Assembly (NCBI GenBank): GCA_964460065.1 | Contig: CAYWPF010000147.1 | Coordinates: forward strand, 711 to 64,710 | Source of the DNA: an uncultured Enterobacteriaceae bacterium | GTDB taxonomy: Bacteria; Desulfobacterota; Binatia; Bin18 | DNA: 64,000 nt | Direction: 5' to 3' | Notes under the pieces: generated by a model | The model's input: the letters and a program-made list of their open reading frames with translations, nothing else | What the model was told of the DNA's origin: nothing | The model's database searches: none | Shown: piece by piece, positions 38,500-49,951 of the stretch | Layout of the letters: every line of letters starts with the position of its first letter | How positions within the stretch are numbered: the first letter of the stretch is position 1 | Made by a program: the position numbers and the translations under genes

Positions 38500-40041
38500 T
38501 CATTCCACCGGGTGCATATAGTTCCTAACTTCTTCGGCATCATCAAAGTGAATACGTTTCGTACCGACAATCTGGTAATCTTCGTGACCTTTTCCTGCAA
38601 TCACAACTACGTCGCCCGGTTGAGCCTCATCCAACGAGCAACGTATAGCTGATAAACGGTCTGGAACCACAAAATAAACTCCCTCCACAAAATCTTTTAT
38701 TGGCGGATTGCCCGAGGACACTAACGTCATTCCAGATTGAACTACCCCTGTTTCGATCTCCATAATTATATTCTCCGGGTCTTCGCCGCGAGGATTGTCA
38801 GACGTGAGAACAACGACGTCACTGAGACGCCCAGCTATTATCCCCATAAGTGGCCGCTTTCCGCGGTCTCGATCACCTCCGCACCCGAACACAGTAATGA
38901 GTCTTTTTTTTGCCACCTCCCGGAAAGACATCAGAGTTCGTTCCATTGCATCTGGCTTATGCGCGTAATCGACAAATACACGGAAGGGTCGTCCAACATC
39001 AATTTCTTCAAGCCGGCCTGGGATTCGATCGCATTGCGCTATCCCATCGGCAATCTGACGCAACGTGATCCCCAAGCCTTTAACCGCCGCCGCCGCCGCT
39101 ACTATATTGTACAAATGTGGCTCGCCAATAAGGGGAGAAACAACGTCTATCTTTTCTTTTCCCGCTCTAATTTTAGTGGAAATTCCCGAAGGTGCGTAAC
39201 GCGTGCCATAAGCAGTAACATCAGCGTCGGTCAAAAGACTATAAGTTATAGTTGAGCAATTTAGCCGCTTTTTGAGCAACCTCAATCCCCAAGCATCGTC
39301 GGTGTTTACGGCAGCGAAACGCCTCTTTTTTGTTGATAGGCTCAGCCCCTCCTCGAATAATCTAGCTTTCGCCGCGAAGTATTCGTCTATATTTTTGTGA
39401 TAGTCTAGATGATCTCTTCCCAGATTGGTAAATACGCCGCCGTCCCAGAGACATCCCCAGACACGTTCCTGCGCCAACGCGTGAGAAGAAACCTCCATTA
39501 CTACGTGAGTGACACCCGCTAGCACCATCGACCGTAGAAGTGCCTGCAACTCAACTGCTTCAGGTGTAGTAAAAGGTGCCTCGTACACCTGACCGGCAAA
39601 GCGATAGCTCACAGTTCCAATTACACCTACGGCCCACCCGAGAGATTTCCCTATAGATTCGAACAGGTAGGTTGTGGTGGTTTTGCCGCTCGTCCCCGTT
39701 ACACCGATCAAAATCACCTCGCCGCTGGGGTGGCCGTAAAAGCGACAGGCCATAGCGGCCATCAGTCGCCGTACTAATCTGCATCTGACGACAGTAACTC
39801 CTTCCGGCACTTGCAAGTCAAGCGAACCCACGACCGCACTTGCGCCACGGTCCAGGGCTTCCTCTACGAAATGCGATCCAGTCGTGTTCCTTCCTTGCAG
39901 AGCAAAAAACACTGCACCACGCTCTACCGATCTAGAATCATAAGCAAGCGATTCAACTTCAAGGTCTGTATCACCGGTTATCCACGTTGGAACCTGGTGC
40001 TCACCGGCATATCCTGGGACAAGGAGCTTCCTGAGCCGCAT
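38500..40041 (-). CDS. murE: UDP-N-acetylmuramoyl-L-alanyl-D-glutamate--2,6-diaminopimelate ligase
   Basis: It has GVTGTSGKTTTT, EVSSHAL, FTNLGRDHLDYH and GCGGDRDRGKRP. The meso-DAP specificity motif DNPRGEDP is also present. Confidence 0.92.
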   Translation of the reverse strand: MRLRKLLVPGYAGEHQVPTWITGDTDLEVESLAYDSRSVERGAVFFALQGRNTTGSHFVEEALDRGASAVVGSLDLQVPEGVTVVRCRLVRRLMAAMACRFYGHPSGEVILIGVTGTSGKTTTTYLFESIGKSLGWAVGVIGTVSYRFAGQVYEAPFTTPEAVELQALLRSMVLAGVTHVVMEVSSHALAQERVWGCLWDGGVFTNLGRDHLDYHKNIDEYFAAKARLFEEGLSLSTKKRRFAAVNTDDAWGLRLLKKRLNCSTITYSLLTDADVTAYGTRYAPSGISTKIRAGKEKIDVVSPLIGEPHLYNIVAAAAAVKGLGITLRQIADGIAQCDRIPGRLEEIDVGRPFRVFVDYAHKPDAMERTLMSFREVAKKRLITVFGCGGDRDRGKRPLMGIIAGRLSDVVVLTSDNPRGEDPENIIMEIETGVVQSGMTLVSSGNPPIKDFVEGVYFVVPDRLSAIRCSLDEAQPGDVVVIAGKGHEDYQIVGTKRIHFDDAEEVRNYMHPVE

Positions 40042-40054
40042 TATAGAGTCTCAA

Positions 40055-42013
40055 TCACAAGCCGTTTTCAAGAATGAGTTCGTACACTCGTTCGCCAGAA
40101 TCCGAATCCGTTCGCGCAATCTGGCTTGTAACGTAACCGCTACCGCTGAAAGTAATTTCCAATCCCTTCGTATATGCTTTACGCATCGCTGCTCGCAAGC
40201 GCAGCCCTAGAAAATCATCTTCTGCCAGCTTATTCGCCTTCACACCTTCACCCATGCTTGTGTCCCGCAGAGATGCCACTTTTCCAGTCTGCACCGAAAT
40301 CCGGCCGGGCGCGGCATTTCGCACCAACTCCAAGTCAGAACCTACGTTCAGGTCACTCGGTACGCCCAAATGGATGAGTGAGTCACGCGCAACCGCTCGG
40401 AAAACTGGCGCTGCTACAGTTCCACCATAGACTGAGGTCTTCGGCTCATCGATAACAACTAGTACTACTATCCGTGGACGCTCGGCCGGAACCATCCCAA
40501 CAAACGAGGCTATCCGACCTTTCGCGGAATATCCGCCTCGGGGATCAACTTTCTGCGACGTGCCGGTTTTGCCGGCGACGCGGAACCCCGCCACTTGTGC
40601 TCGCCATCCGGTTCCTCCCGCATCTACTACCGCGGCAAGCATGTTACGAACTCGGGCGGCCGTCGCGGGCTCGATGACCTGACGTACCACAGTTGGCTCC
40701 TGTTTAAATATAACCTTTCCGGATCCACTTGAAACTTCTGTGACCAAATGTGGTCTCATTAAAGTACCCCCATTAGCTAACGCTCCATAAGCGCTAATCA
40801 ATTGAAGTGGTGTCACCGCGATCCCCTGTCCGAAGCTTGCGGTAGCCAACCGTATCGTTGACCATTTTTGAGAGGAAGGAAGTATTCCGGCGATTTCCCC
40901 TGGAAGATCTACCCCTGTCTTTCCGCCAAACCCGAATGTCTGAAGATATTTATGGTACACGGTTGTTCCTAACTGTTCTCCAATCTTAACAGCCCCAATG
41001 TTGCTGGATCTTGTCAAAATGCCGTGCACCGTAAGATCTCCGTGAGGGTGTACATCATGTATAGTATGTCTCCCAATACGGTACGCACCATGTTCGCAGA
41101 ATATAGGATCCGCTTCTCCGAATTCCCCAGTATCTAACGCGGCAGCCACTAATAAGGCCTTCACCGTGGACCCCGGTTCGTAACAGTCACTGACTACTCT
41201 GTTTCTGCGGGCTCCGGTGGGATATTTACCCGGGAAATGGGGATCGAAACCGGGCATCTGCGCGAGCGCTAGAATACCAAACGTTTTGGGGTCAATTATT
41301 GTCACCGAGCCGGCTCTGGCTCCCGTATCGATCACCGCCCGTCGCAGTTCACGTTCCGCGATGTACTGGATCTTTGCATCGAGCGATAGTTTGACTTTAA
41401 AAATGTCAGGAGCAATCGGCCCTCCGTCAGCGAGGATCATACGCCCCCTGGCGTCTCGTTCACCGAGCGCCCCTCTCGCTTTGCCCCGGAGATACCGATC
41501 ATAGGACACTTCAAGCCCACCAATCCCCTTAGCATCAATATCTACAAATCCCAAAACCGAGGCAGCTAGGTTTCCATGAGGGTACACACGGCGTTGCGAA
41601 GGCCTGCTCCCTATTCCCGGGAACTGCAGTCCTATGATGTGCTCAGCCGTCTCACGGGAAACCCCTCTTTTTAACCAAACAAACGGCGCACTCGAGTTTA
41701 TTGCCGCGTTGATTTTATCCGAGGGTAAGTCTAAAGAGTCCGCTAGAACCCCGGTCATGCCACTCGCGCTTGTAGAGACTTTGGAAGGGTGCACGAAAAG
41801 AGACTCCGCTCCAAGACTGAAAGCTAAACGCCGAGAGTTTCGATCAACGATCGTCCCTCTCGGCGGCGTTACGATGACTCGTTTACGATGTTGCCCTGCC
41901 GCCAGTGCAGCAAGCGCTTCACCTTCCACGACGGTCAATTGTACAACTCGGCCGATTATAGCCAGTAATCCAACAAAAAGTATGACCGCTACAATAAGAA
42001 TCCTTCCAGACAT
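40055..42013 (-). CDS. ftsI: Penicillin-binding protein 3 / FtsI transpeptidase with a C-terminal PASTA-like domain
   Basis: It has an N-terminal TM helix and the active-site motifs STVK (EPGSTVKAL), SSN (RSSNIGA) and KTGT. The C-terminal 60 aa (FLGLRLRAAMRKAYTKGLEITFSGSGYVTSQ) are PASTA-like. Confidence 0.92.
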   Translation of the reverse strand: MSGRILIVAVILFVGLLAIIGRVVQLTVVEGEALAALAAGQHRKRVIVTPPRGTIVDRNSRRLAFSLGAESLFVHPSKVSTSASGMTGVLADSLDLPSDKINAAINSSAPFVWLKRGVSRETAEHIIGLQFPGIGSRPSQRRVYPHGNLAASVLGFVDIDAKGIGGLEVSYDRYLRGKARGALGERDARGRMILADGGPIAPDIFKVKLSLDAKIQYIAERELRRAVIDTGARAGSVTIIDPKTFGILALAQMPGFDPHFPGKYPTGARRNRVVSDCYEPGSTVKALLVAAALDTGEFGEADPIFCEHGAYRIGRHTIHDVHPHGDLTVHGILTRSSNIGAVKIGEQLGTTVYHKYLQTFGFGGKTGVDLPGEIAGILPSSQKWSTIRLATASFGQGIAVTPLQLISAYGALANGGTLMRPHLVTEVSSGSGKVIFKQEPTVVRQVIEPATAARVRNMLAAVVDAGGTGWRAQVAGFRVAGKTGTSQKVDPRGGYSAKGRIASFVGMVPAERPRIVVLVVIDEPKTSVYGGTVAAPVFRAVARDSLIHLGVPSDLNVGSDLELVRNAAPGRISVQTGKVASLRDTSMGEGVKANKLAEDDFLGLRLRAAMRKAYTKGLEITFSGSGYVTSQIARTDSDSGERVYELILENGL

Positions 42014-42022
42014 TCCCTTACC

Positions 42023-42298
42023 CTAACGTAAAATTACGATTTGGTCGGGGCGTGGCATGGTCAACCCCAAACGTCTATGCGCGAGCCGAGAAAGTTGGGA
42101 GGGCGCCGTAACCGACTCCCACTCCACCACCAAAGCATAACGTTCCTCCTGCAAAGTACGTACGAGCTGGCGCGTATCAGACAATGCGTAGCCGACAGAA
42201 ACTACGCGGTGACGGATCCAAACATGGGCAAACAGAAGAGCCAACCCAAAAATAGCGGCTATACCGTACCGTCCCCAATGGGACACGTGTCCCGTCAT
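42023..42298 (-). CDS. ftsL: Cell division protein FtsL-like (single-TM, coiled-coil)
   Basis: It is 91 aa with one TM helix. It sits between rsmH and ftsI and overlaps rsmH by 4 nt. Confidence 0.75.
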   Translation of the reverse strand: MTGHVSHWGRYGIAAIFGLALLFAHVWIRHRVVSVGYALSDTRQLVRTLQEERYALVVEWESVTAPSQLSRLAHRRLGLTMPRPDQIVILR

Positions 42299-43299
42299 AT
42301 CTCACCTCCGAGACGTTCAACTACTCGCAAGCGAGCACTTCGCGCACGGAAATTACGGGCTATTTCGCTTTCGCTCGGTTTTACAGGTTTCGCCGTCACT
42401 ATCCTGACTTTTCGTTCCCAACCGCACCCGCATACTTGGAATCCGGGGGGACACACACAATCCGCCGCCCAACGACGAAACGCTGCCTTCACTAATCGAT
42501 CCTCAAGCGAGTGGTACGAAAGGATCACCATCCGACCGCCAGGACGCAAAAGCTCGTAACCCGTCAGAAGAAAGTTTTCTAAATGTTCCAACTCTTTATT
42601 GACTGCAATTCGAAAAGCCTGAAAAGTTCGCGTCGCGGGATGAATGTTCGACCGTTTACGTTTCCGGTTCCGATAATCGATGCCAATGGACGTTTCGACG
42701 ATTCTTTTCAGTTCATTAGTGTTACTGATTGGGGTGTGCGCTCTGGCCCGTATTATCGAACGGACTATTTGTTTTGCGGCCCGCTCCTCACCAAAATTTC
42801 GCAGAATGTCCACCAGTTCCGTCTCAGCCGCGCCATTCAGAATATCCATAGCCGTCCGAGGATCATCCCTGTTCATCCGCATGTCTAACGGGCCCGAACG
42901 GTTAAAACTAAAGCCACGTCCCGCATCCTCGATCTGCAGGGACGAGAAACCCAAATCTAATAAAACGCCGTCTACGCCCTCCCACCCAGCTTCCTGAAGG
43001 GCACTCTTGCTCCGGCTGAAATTAGAATGAACGAGTACGGTGCGCGACAAAAACAAACTTAGACGAGCGCGAGACAAAGCCAATGCGTGTGCGTCACGAT
43101 CCAGCCCCATTAAACGCCCCTTACCATTACTCTCCTCAAGAACGGCATGCGCATGCCCACCTCCCCCCAGGGTTCCGTCGAGGATGTCGCCGCCTATGCT
43201 CGGTTTGAGAGACGATATAATCTCGTCCAGCATAACGGGGACATGGACAGCCTCCGCCTCCCTTGCCGGCAACTGGCTAGACCTCGCGCTGCGGCTCAT
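42295..43299 (-). CDS. rsmH: 16S rRNA (cytosine1402-N4)-methyltransferase
   Basis: It has HVPVMLDEI, DGTLGGGGH and DLGFSS. Confidence 0.95.
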   Translation of the reverse strand: MSRSARSSQLPAREAEAVHVPVMLDEIISSLKPSIGGDILDGTLGGGGHAHAVLEESNGKGRLMGLDRDAHALALSRARLSLFLSRTVLVHSNFSRSKSALQEAGWEGVDGVLLDLGFSSLQIEDAGRGFSFNRSGPLDMRMNRDDPRTAMDILNGAAETELVDILRNFGEERAAKQIVRSIIRARAHTPISNTNELKRIVETSIGIDYRNRKRKRSNIHPATRTFQAFRIAVNKELEHLENFLLTGYELLRPGGRMVILSYHSLEDRLVKAAFRRWAADCVCPPGFQVCGCGWERKVRIVTAKPVKPSESEIARNFRARSARLRVVERLGGEI

Positions 43300-43338
43300 A
43301 CTAATACCCTACGATCATTTCAGGTCCATCCGAAGAAC

Positions 43339-43806
43339 CTATGGTTCCGGAATAACATTATTAAAATTGTTGAATAGCCGAGGATCACGCACAAGGTCGT
43401 TTTCGGACTCCTCATTAAAATCCGCCCAAATTGACTTGTTCCAAATCCTGAATTTTTCCAGGGCGGCCGTGAAGATTACATCCTTCTCCAAAGCGGCATA
43501 ATCGCGTAGAACAGCCGGAACTAAAATACGGCCTTGCCTATCCACGGAACATTCTTGCGCATTCGAAATATAAAACGTTTCTATTTTTAGCAAATTCGCA
43601 TCGAACCTGGGCCGCTGGCTCACCGCCCGTTCGAAATTCTCCCATTCTGCATACGGGTACACGTCAAGACAGCGAAAAGAAGAGAGGATAAACTTGGTCA
43701 CTATTAAACGCGAATCGCTGGCTTCGGCCAAAATATCACGGAATTTTGCCGGGATACTGACCCTTCCCTTCTCGTCTATTGTATATTCGAAACTGCCTCG
43801 AAACAC
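43339..43806 (-). CDS. mraZ: Transcriptional regulator MraZ
   Basis: It has two SpoVT/AbrB-like repeats with DEKGRVSIPAKFR and DRQGRILVPAVLR. I prefer the GTG start at 43806 (VFRGSFEYTIDEKGR, the canonical MraZ N-terminus). The ATG at 43848 would translate the operator repeats. Confidence 0.9.
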   Translation of the reverse strand: MFRGSFEYTIDEKGRVSIPAKFRDILAEASDSRLIVTKFILSSFRCLDVYPYAEWENFERAVSQRPRFDANLLKIETFYISNAQECSVDRQGRILVPAVLRDYAALEKDVIFTAALEKFRIWNKSIWADFNEESENDLVRDPRLFNNFNNVIPEP

Positions 43807-43810
43807 AGCT

Positions 43811-43846
43811 CTCCCCAATCTCCCACTTTGTCCCACTTTATCCCAC
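43811..43846 (-). promoter_or_regulatory. MraZ operator: three exact GTGGGA boxes at 10-bp spacing plus a degenerate fourth
   Basis: The plus strand has tcccac at 43821-43826, 43831-43836 and 43841-43846, and ctcccc at 43811-43816. On the gene strand this reads GTGGGATAAAGTGGGACAAAGTGGGAGATTGGGGAG. Confidence 0.8.
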
Positions 43847-43847
43847 A

Positions 43848-43876
43848 ACTATATTATGAGCATTTTCCGGTGTCAA
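43848..43876 (-). promoter_or_regulatory. Sigma70-type dcw promoter (Pmra-like)
   Basis: On the gene strand it reads TTGACA (43876-43871), a 17-nt spacer, then TATAGT (43853-43848). It lies immediately upstream of the GTGGGA boxes. Confidence 0.7.
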
Positions 43877-44053
43877 GCGAAAACTGAAGCCTTTTAAAGC
43901 GTTTAGATACTTCAGGCGAGTTGTCGAGGCACATTGACTCCTGCCGGAGGCTTCGATAAACCGAGTCTTACCAATGAAGGGAGATAGTAAAATTGTGAGA
44001 CCAGACAAGGGGGTAAGTCTGGGTTCACTATTATAGTTGGAACACACAAGAAA

Positions 44054-45208
44054 ATGCTAAAACGATATTTGCTTACGCCCGGTCCGACCCAAGTGCCCCA
44101 AGACGTTCTGTTGCGCATGGCGGAGCCTCTAATCCATCATAGGACTCCGGAATTCAGTCAAATATTTGGCGAAACTCAAGAACTGCTTAGGTGGCTGTTC
44201 CAAACGAGCGGGGATGTGCTCGTGCTCTCCTCTTCTGGTACCGGCGCTATGGAGGCCGCTGTTGTAAATATCTGCTCTCCTGGCGATTGCGTGATAGTTG
44301 TAAATGCCGGAAAGTTCGGAGAACGCTGGCTAAAAATATGTACATCCTTAGGACTTGTTACGAGGGAAGTAAAAGTGAAATGGGGGGAGGCCGTGACGGC
44401 TGACGCAGTCGCGGGAGCATTAGAGGACTCGCCTTCTACCAAGGCGGTTTTTATGCAGGCAAGTGAGACTTCAACTACCGTCCTGCATCCCGTGGAAGAT
44501 ATAGCTGCACTCACACGCAACTCCGACACCATGCTGGTAGTCGATGGTATAACGGCCGTAGGGGCTACAAACATCCCCATGGAGAAATGGGGGATAGACA
44601 TTCTAATAACTGGTTCTCAGAAGGCCTTAATGCTACCGCCGGGCTTAGCATTTTTGGCTTTGAGCCCTAGGGCGTGGGACAGCACAAAAGTCGCCCGTTT
44701 GCCCCGCTTTTATTTTGATCTAGTAAAAGAGAGAAAAGAGCAAACGAAAAAATCCACTGCATTTACGCCAGCTATAGCCCTTATACTGGGGCTCCATAAG
44801 GTTCTTGAACAAATGCACGCGGACGGCCTGGAAAAAATCTGGAAGCGGCACCAAGACCTTATGAATGCTACACGGGGGGCCATAGAGGCCCTCGACCTCT
44901 CCTTATTAGCATCCACACATCCCAGCCCGGCCGCTACCGGTGTCCTGCTCCCACCGCGTCTAGACGGTACCGCGTTGCTTTCATACATGCGCGACGGGAT
45001 GGGAGTCGACATTGCGGGAGGGCAAGACCATTTGAAAGGCAAAATTGTCCGAATATCCCACATCGGGTACGTTGGGCCGTTTGACATAATCACAGCCGTT
45101 TCATGTCTAGAAATGGCTTTGGCTCGGTTTGGTTGTGATATTCGTTTGGGGACCGGAGTAACCGCCGCGGAGAATTACCTACTACCGACTTGGCCAGCGG
45201 TCGGATAA
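44054..45208 (+). CDS. Class V aminotransferase (AGXT / phosphoserine aminotransferase-like)
   Basis: The N-terminus is LLTPGPTQVP and the PLP-lysine motif is GSQKALMLPPG. It lies directly upstream of serA. Confidence 0.8.
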   Translation: MLKRYLLTPGPTQVPQDVLLRMAEPLIHHRTPEFSQIFGETQELLRWLFQTSGDVLVLSSSGTGAMEAAVVNICSPGDCVIVVNAGKFGERWLKICTSLGLVTREVKVKWGEAVTADAVAGALEDSPSTKAVFMQASETSTTVLHPVEDIAALTRNSDTMLVVDGITAVGATNIPMEKWGIDILITGSQKALMLPPGLAFLALSPRAWDSTKVARLPRFYFDLVKERKEQTKKSTAFTPAIALILGLHKVLEQMHADGLEKIWKRHQDLMNATRGAIEALDLSLLASTHPSPAATGVLLPPRLDGTALLSYMRDGMGVDIAGGQDHLKGKIVRISHIGYVGPFDIITAVSCLEMALARFGCDIRLGTGVTAAENYLLPTWPAVG

Positions 45209-45233
45209 TGCTCGCGTTCAGAGTCATAAAACA

Positions 45234-46823
45234 ATGCCACACCGAGTCCTCATAACTGACCCCTTAGCTCCCGAGGGTATAGAACGCCTCAAAAGCCATA
45301 CCACTATAGAATTCGAGGTACATGACGGTCTCGCTGAAGAAGAACTCGTAAAACAGATCCCTTCGTACGATGGTTTGATAATCCGCAGTGGTACGAAGGT
45401 CAAACGATCAGTCATATCTGCCGCCCGAAACCTGAGAGTAATTGGTCGGGCAGGGATCGGTATCGATAATGTAGACGTAGATGCCGCCACTAAATCTGGC
45501 ATCGTAGTCATGAACACGCCAGGAGGGAATAACGTCACCACGGCCGAGCACACCTTATCCATGCTCCTTGCACTAGCTCGTAACATCCCGCAGGCGACGG
45601 CTTCTCTTAAAGCTGGTGAATGGAAACGTTCACAATTCACCGGGACGGAAGTCTGTAACAAGACACTCGGACTAGTCGGCCTCGGTAATATCGGCGCGAT
45701 AGTGGCACAGAGGGCGTTAGGTCTGCGTATGCGGGTGATCGCCCACGATCCTTTTGTTACCGCGGAAGCCGCTGCGAAAACAAATGTGGAACTCGTCTCA
45801 CTGAACGAATTATACACGCAGGCGGATTTTGTTTCCGTACACACCCCCCTAACAAAGGAGACTCGCTCTCTAATCGGGGCAACGGCATTTGGCCAGATGA
45901 AAAAGGGCGTCCGCATCGTCAACTGTGCGAGGGGCGGCATTGTCGAAGAATCGGCCCTCTTAGCGGCCCTAGAAAGCGGTAAGGTGAGCGGAGCAGCTTT
46001 GGATGTTTTTGTAGAAGAGCCCCCCGCCATGGACCACCCGTTGCTCCAGCATGGCAGGGTGATATGCACGCCCCATCTGGGAGCGGCGACCGATGAAGCG
46101 CAGGTAAACGTTGCGGTTGCGATTGCTGACCAAGTGTCGCATTTCTTAGAGAGCGGAGTGATCCAGAATGCAGTCAATTTTCCGGCTGTAAGCCAGGAGC
46201 AATTGACTATTTTGCGGCCCTACCTCGTCTTGGGGGAGAGATTAGGAAGTTTTCTTGCTCAGATCACGGACGGCGCCCCGCGCCAGATACAGATAGAGTA
46301 CAGTGGGGAGGTAGCCGATTTCGACTTGGCTCCCGCGAGCGCTTCTGTTCTTCGGGGCGTCCTAGGCCACATTCTGGAACAGTCGGTCAATTACATTAAT
46401 GCCCCACTTATCGCCAAAGAACGCGGGATTCATGTTGTCGAAGCAAGAAGTAACGCCCCAAGTGATTTCCTCAACTCGGTCAGTGTAACCCTAACTAGCG
46501 ACAAGAGTGAAAACATGGCAACGGGGGCGGTATTTAGTAATAAGGCTGTGCGTCTAGTACGCGTCAACGATTTTCATCTCGAAGCCGTGCCGGAAGGCAC
46601 AGTCCTTATGCTACACAATACGGACGTGCCCGGTGTCGTCGGGCTCGTCGGCACGCTTCTCGGAAAATTAGAGATCAATATTGCTGGTCTGGAACTCGGA
46701 CGCGAAAACATAGGCGGGGAGGCGATTTCTTTGATTCACGTCGACGATCATGTTTCGCCAAAAGTACTTGACGAGCTCCGCAAACTGGACCCCATCATCG
46801 CAGCCCAGTTGATCCGGTTGTGA
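45234..46823 (+). CDS. serA: D-3-phosphoglycerate dehydrogenase (long form with ASB and ACT domains)
   Basis: It has the NAD-binding motif GLVGLGNIGAIVAQRA and the catalytic region NCARGG...TPHLGA. The C-terminal ACT region reads LMLHNTDVPGVVGLVGTLLG. Confidence 0.93.
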   Translation: MPHRVLITDPLAPEGIERLKSHTTIEFEVHDGLAEEELVKQIPSYDGLIIRSGTKVKRSVISAARNLRVIGRAGIGIDNVDVDAATKSGIVVMNTPGGNNVTTAEHTLSMLLALARNIPQATASLKAGEWKRSQFTGTEVCNKTLGLVGLGNIGAIVAQRALGLRMRVIAHDPFVTAEAAAKTNVELVSLNELYTQADFVSVHTPLTKETRSLIGATAFGQMKKGVRIVNCARGGIVEESALLAALESGKVSGAALDVFVEEPPAMDHPLLQHGRVICTPHLGAATDEAQVNVAVAIADQVSHFLESGVIQNAVNFPAVSQEQLTILRPYLVLGERLGSFLAQITDGAPRQIQIEYSGEVADFDLAPASASVLRGVLGHILEQSVNYINAPLIAKERGIHVVEARSNAPSDFLNSVSVTLTSDKSENMATGAVFSNKAVRLVRVNDFHLEAVPEGTVLMLHNTDVPGVVGLVGTLLGKLEINIAGLELGRENIGGEAISLIHVDDHVSPKVLDELRKLDPIIAAQLIRL

Positions 46824-49067
<2,244 letters not shown>

Positions 49068-49122
49068 AGGACTAACACCTTACAGAAGAAAAGCGCAACG
49101 AGGCCAACCAATTTATAGAGGG

Positions 49123-49779
49123 TCACGCATCAACGACCTCACCCGACAACGCTCCTCCGTCCAAGTGAGTAACATCGTTGACACTATGAATTGTCGCGTG
49201 TCCACTAGCAAACAAGGAAACCTCACTCACACCCGTATTTGCTATTTTTTCTATCTTGCCAAAATTCTGTGCTGCCAACCCTTGGCAGTGCAACAAGAGC
49301 GCGCGCACAGCCCCTCCATGTGTCACCACAATTATCTGTCCGCCCTCATGGTCTCTCACAAATTGGGCCGCCGAGCATAATATTCGCTGCTGAAATTGCC
49401 GAAAGGTCTCCCCTCCGCCACGAGGCAAGTCCTCCCCGTTCCGCACACGCTCCCACTCGTCCTGATGACGTTCAGCCACCTCCGCCGTCGTGAGGCCACT
49501 CCAGCTCCCGATGTCCATTTCTCTCCAGGCCATAGTCTCTATCGGCGTTACATCTAACGTTTTGCCTAAAATGGCCGCCGTCTCTCTGGCACGACAAAGG
49601 TCGCTTGTGTATATGGCCTCTATTTGACGGTTCGCGTTCCCGAGTTGTCTCCCAAGCTGGCGGGCCTGCCGATACCCTACATGGCTAAGGGCGGTATCAG
49701 CCTGCCCCTGCCATCGATTTTCCTGATTCCATACTGTTTCCCCGTGCCTGACCAACAGCAAACGAACGCCTGCATCCAT
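49123..49779 (-). CDS. Histidine phosphatase family protein (PGM/CobC-like)
   Basis: It has LLVRHGETVWNQENRWQG and the second His motif VTHGG. Confidence 0.8.
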   Translation of the reverse strand: MDAGVRLLLVRHGETVWNQENRWQGQADTALSHVGYRQARQLGRQLGNANRQIEAIYTSDLCRARETAAILGKTLDVTPIETMAWREMDIGSWSGLTTAEVAERHQDEWERVRNGEDLPRGGGETFRQFQQRILCSAAQFVRDHEGGQIIVVTHGGAVRALLLHCQGLAAQNFGKIEKIANTGVSEVSLFASGHATIHSVNDVTHLDGGALSGEVVDA

Positions 49780-49951
49780 CCCAGCATTCCTTTACATCAC
49801 TCTCCGATGAGTAATCTTGGTAACGGTCTGTAGCATGGACTGCATCCTATTACTATAACAAGGCCATCAGTTGCCGCGATTTCCCGCATTGAAAACTGCC
49901 GCGGAATCTGGTGTCTTGTCCCGGTACCAGTAGAAAGTCAAAGGATCCCGA

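Noticed and set aside
38500-40041. The possibility that the single ligase gene between ftsI and mraY is a MurE-MurF fusion.
   Set aside because: At 513 aa it has the length of one Mur ligase. It has only one P-loop (GVTGTSGKTTT) and only MurE-type motifs (DNPRGEDP).
43807-43848. The N-terminal extension of mraZ from ATG 43848 (MWDKVGQSGRLGRA).
   Set aside because: These codons are the translation of the phased GTGGGA operator repeats and overlap the -10 element. The GTG at 43806 restores the canonical MraZ N-terminus.
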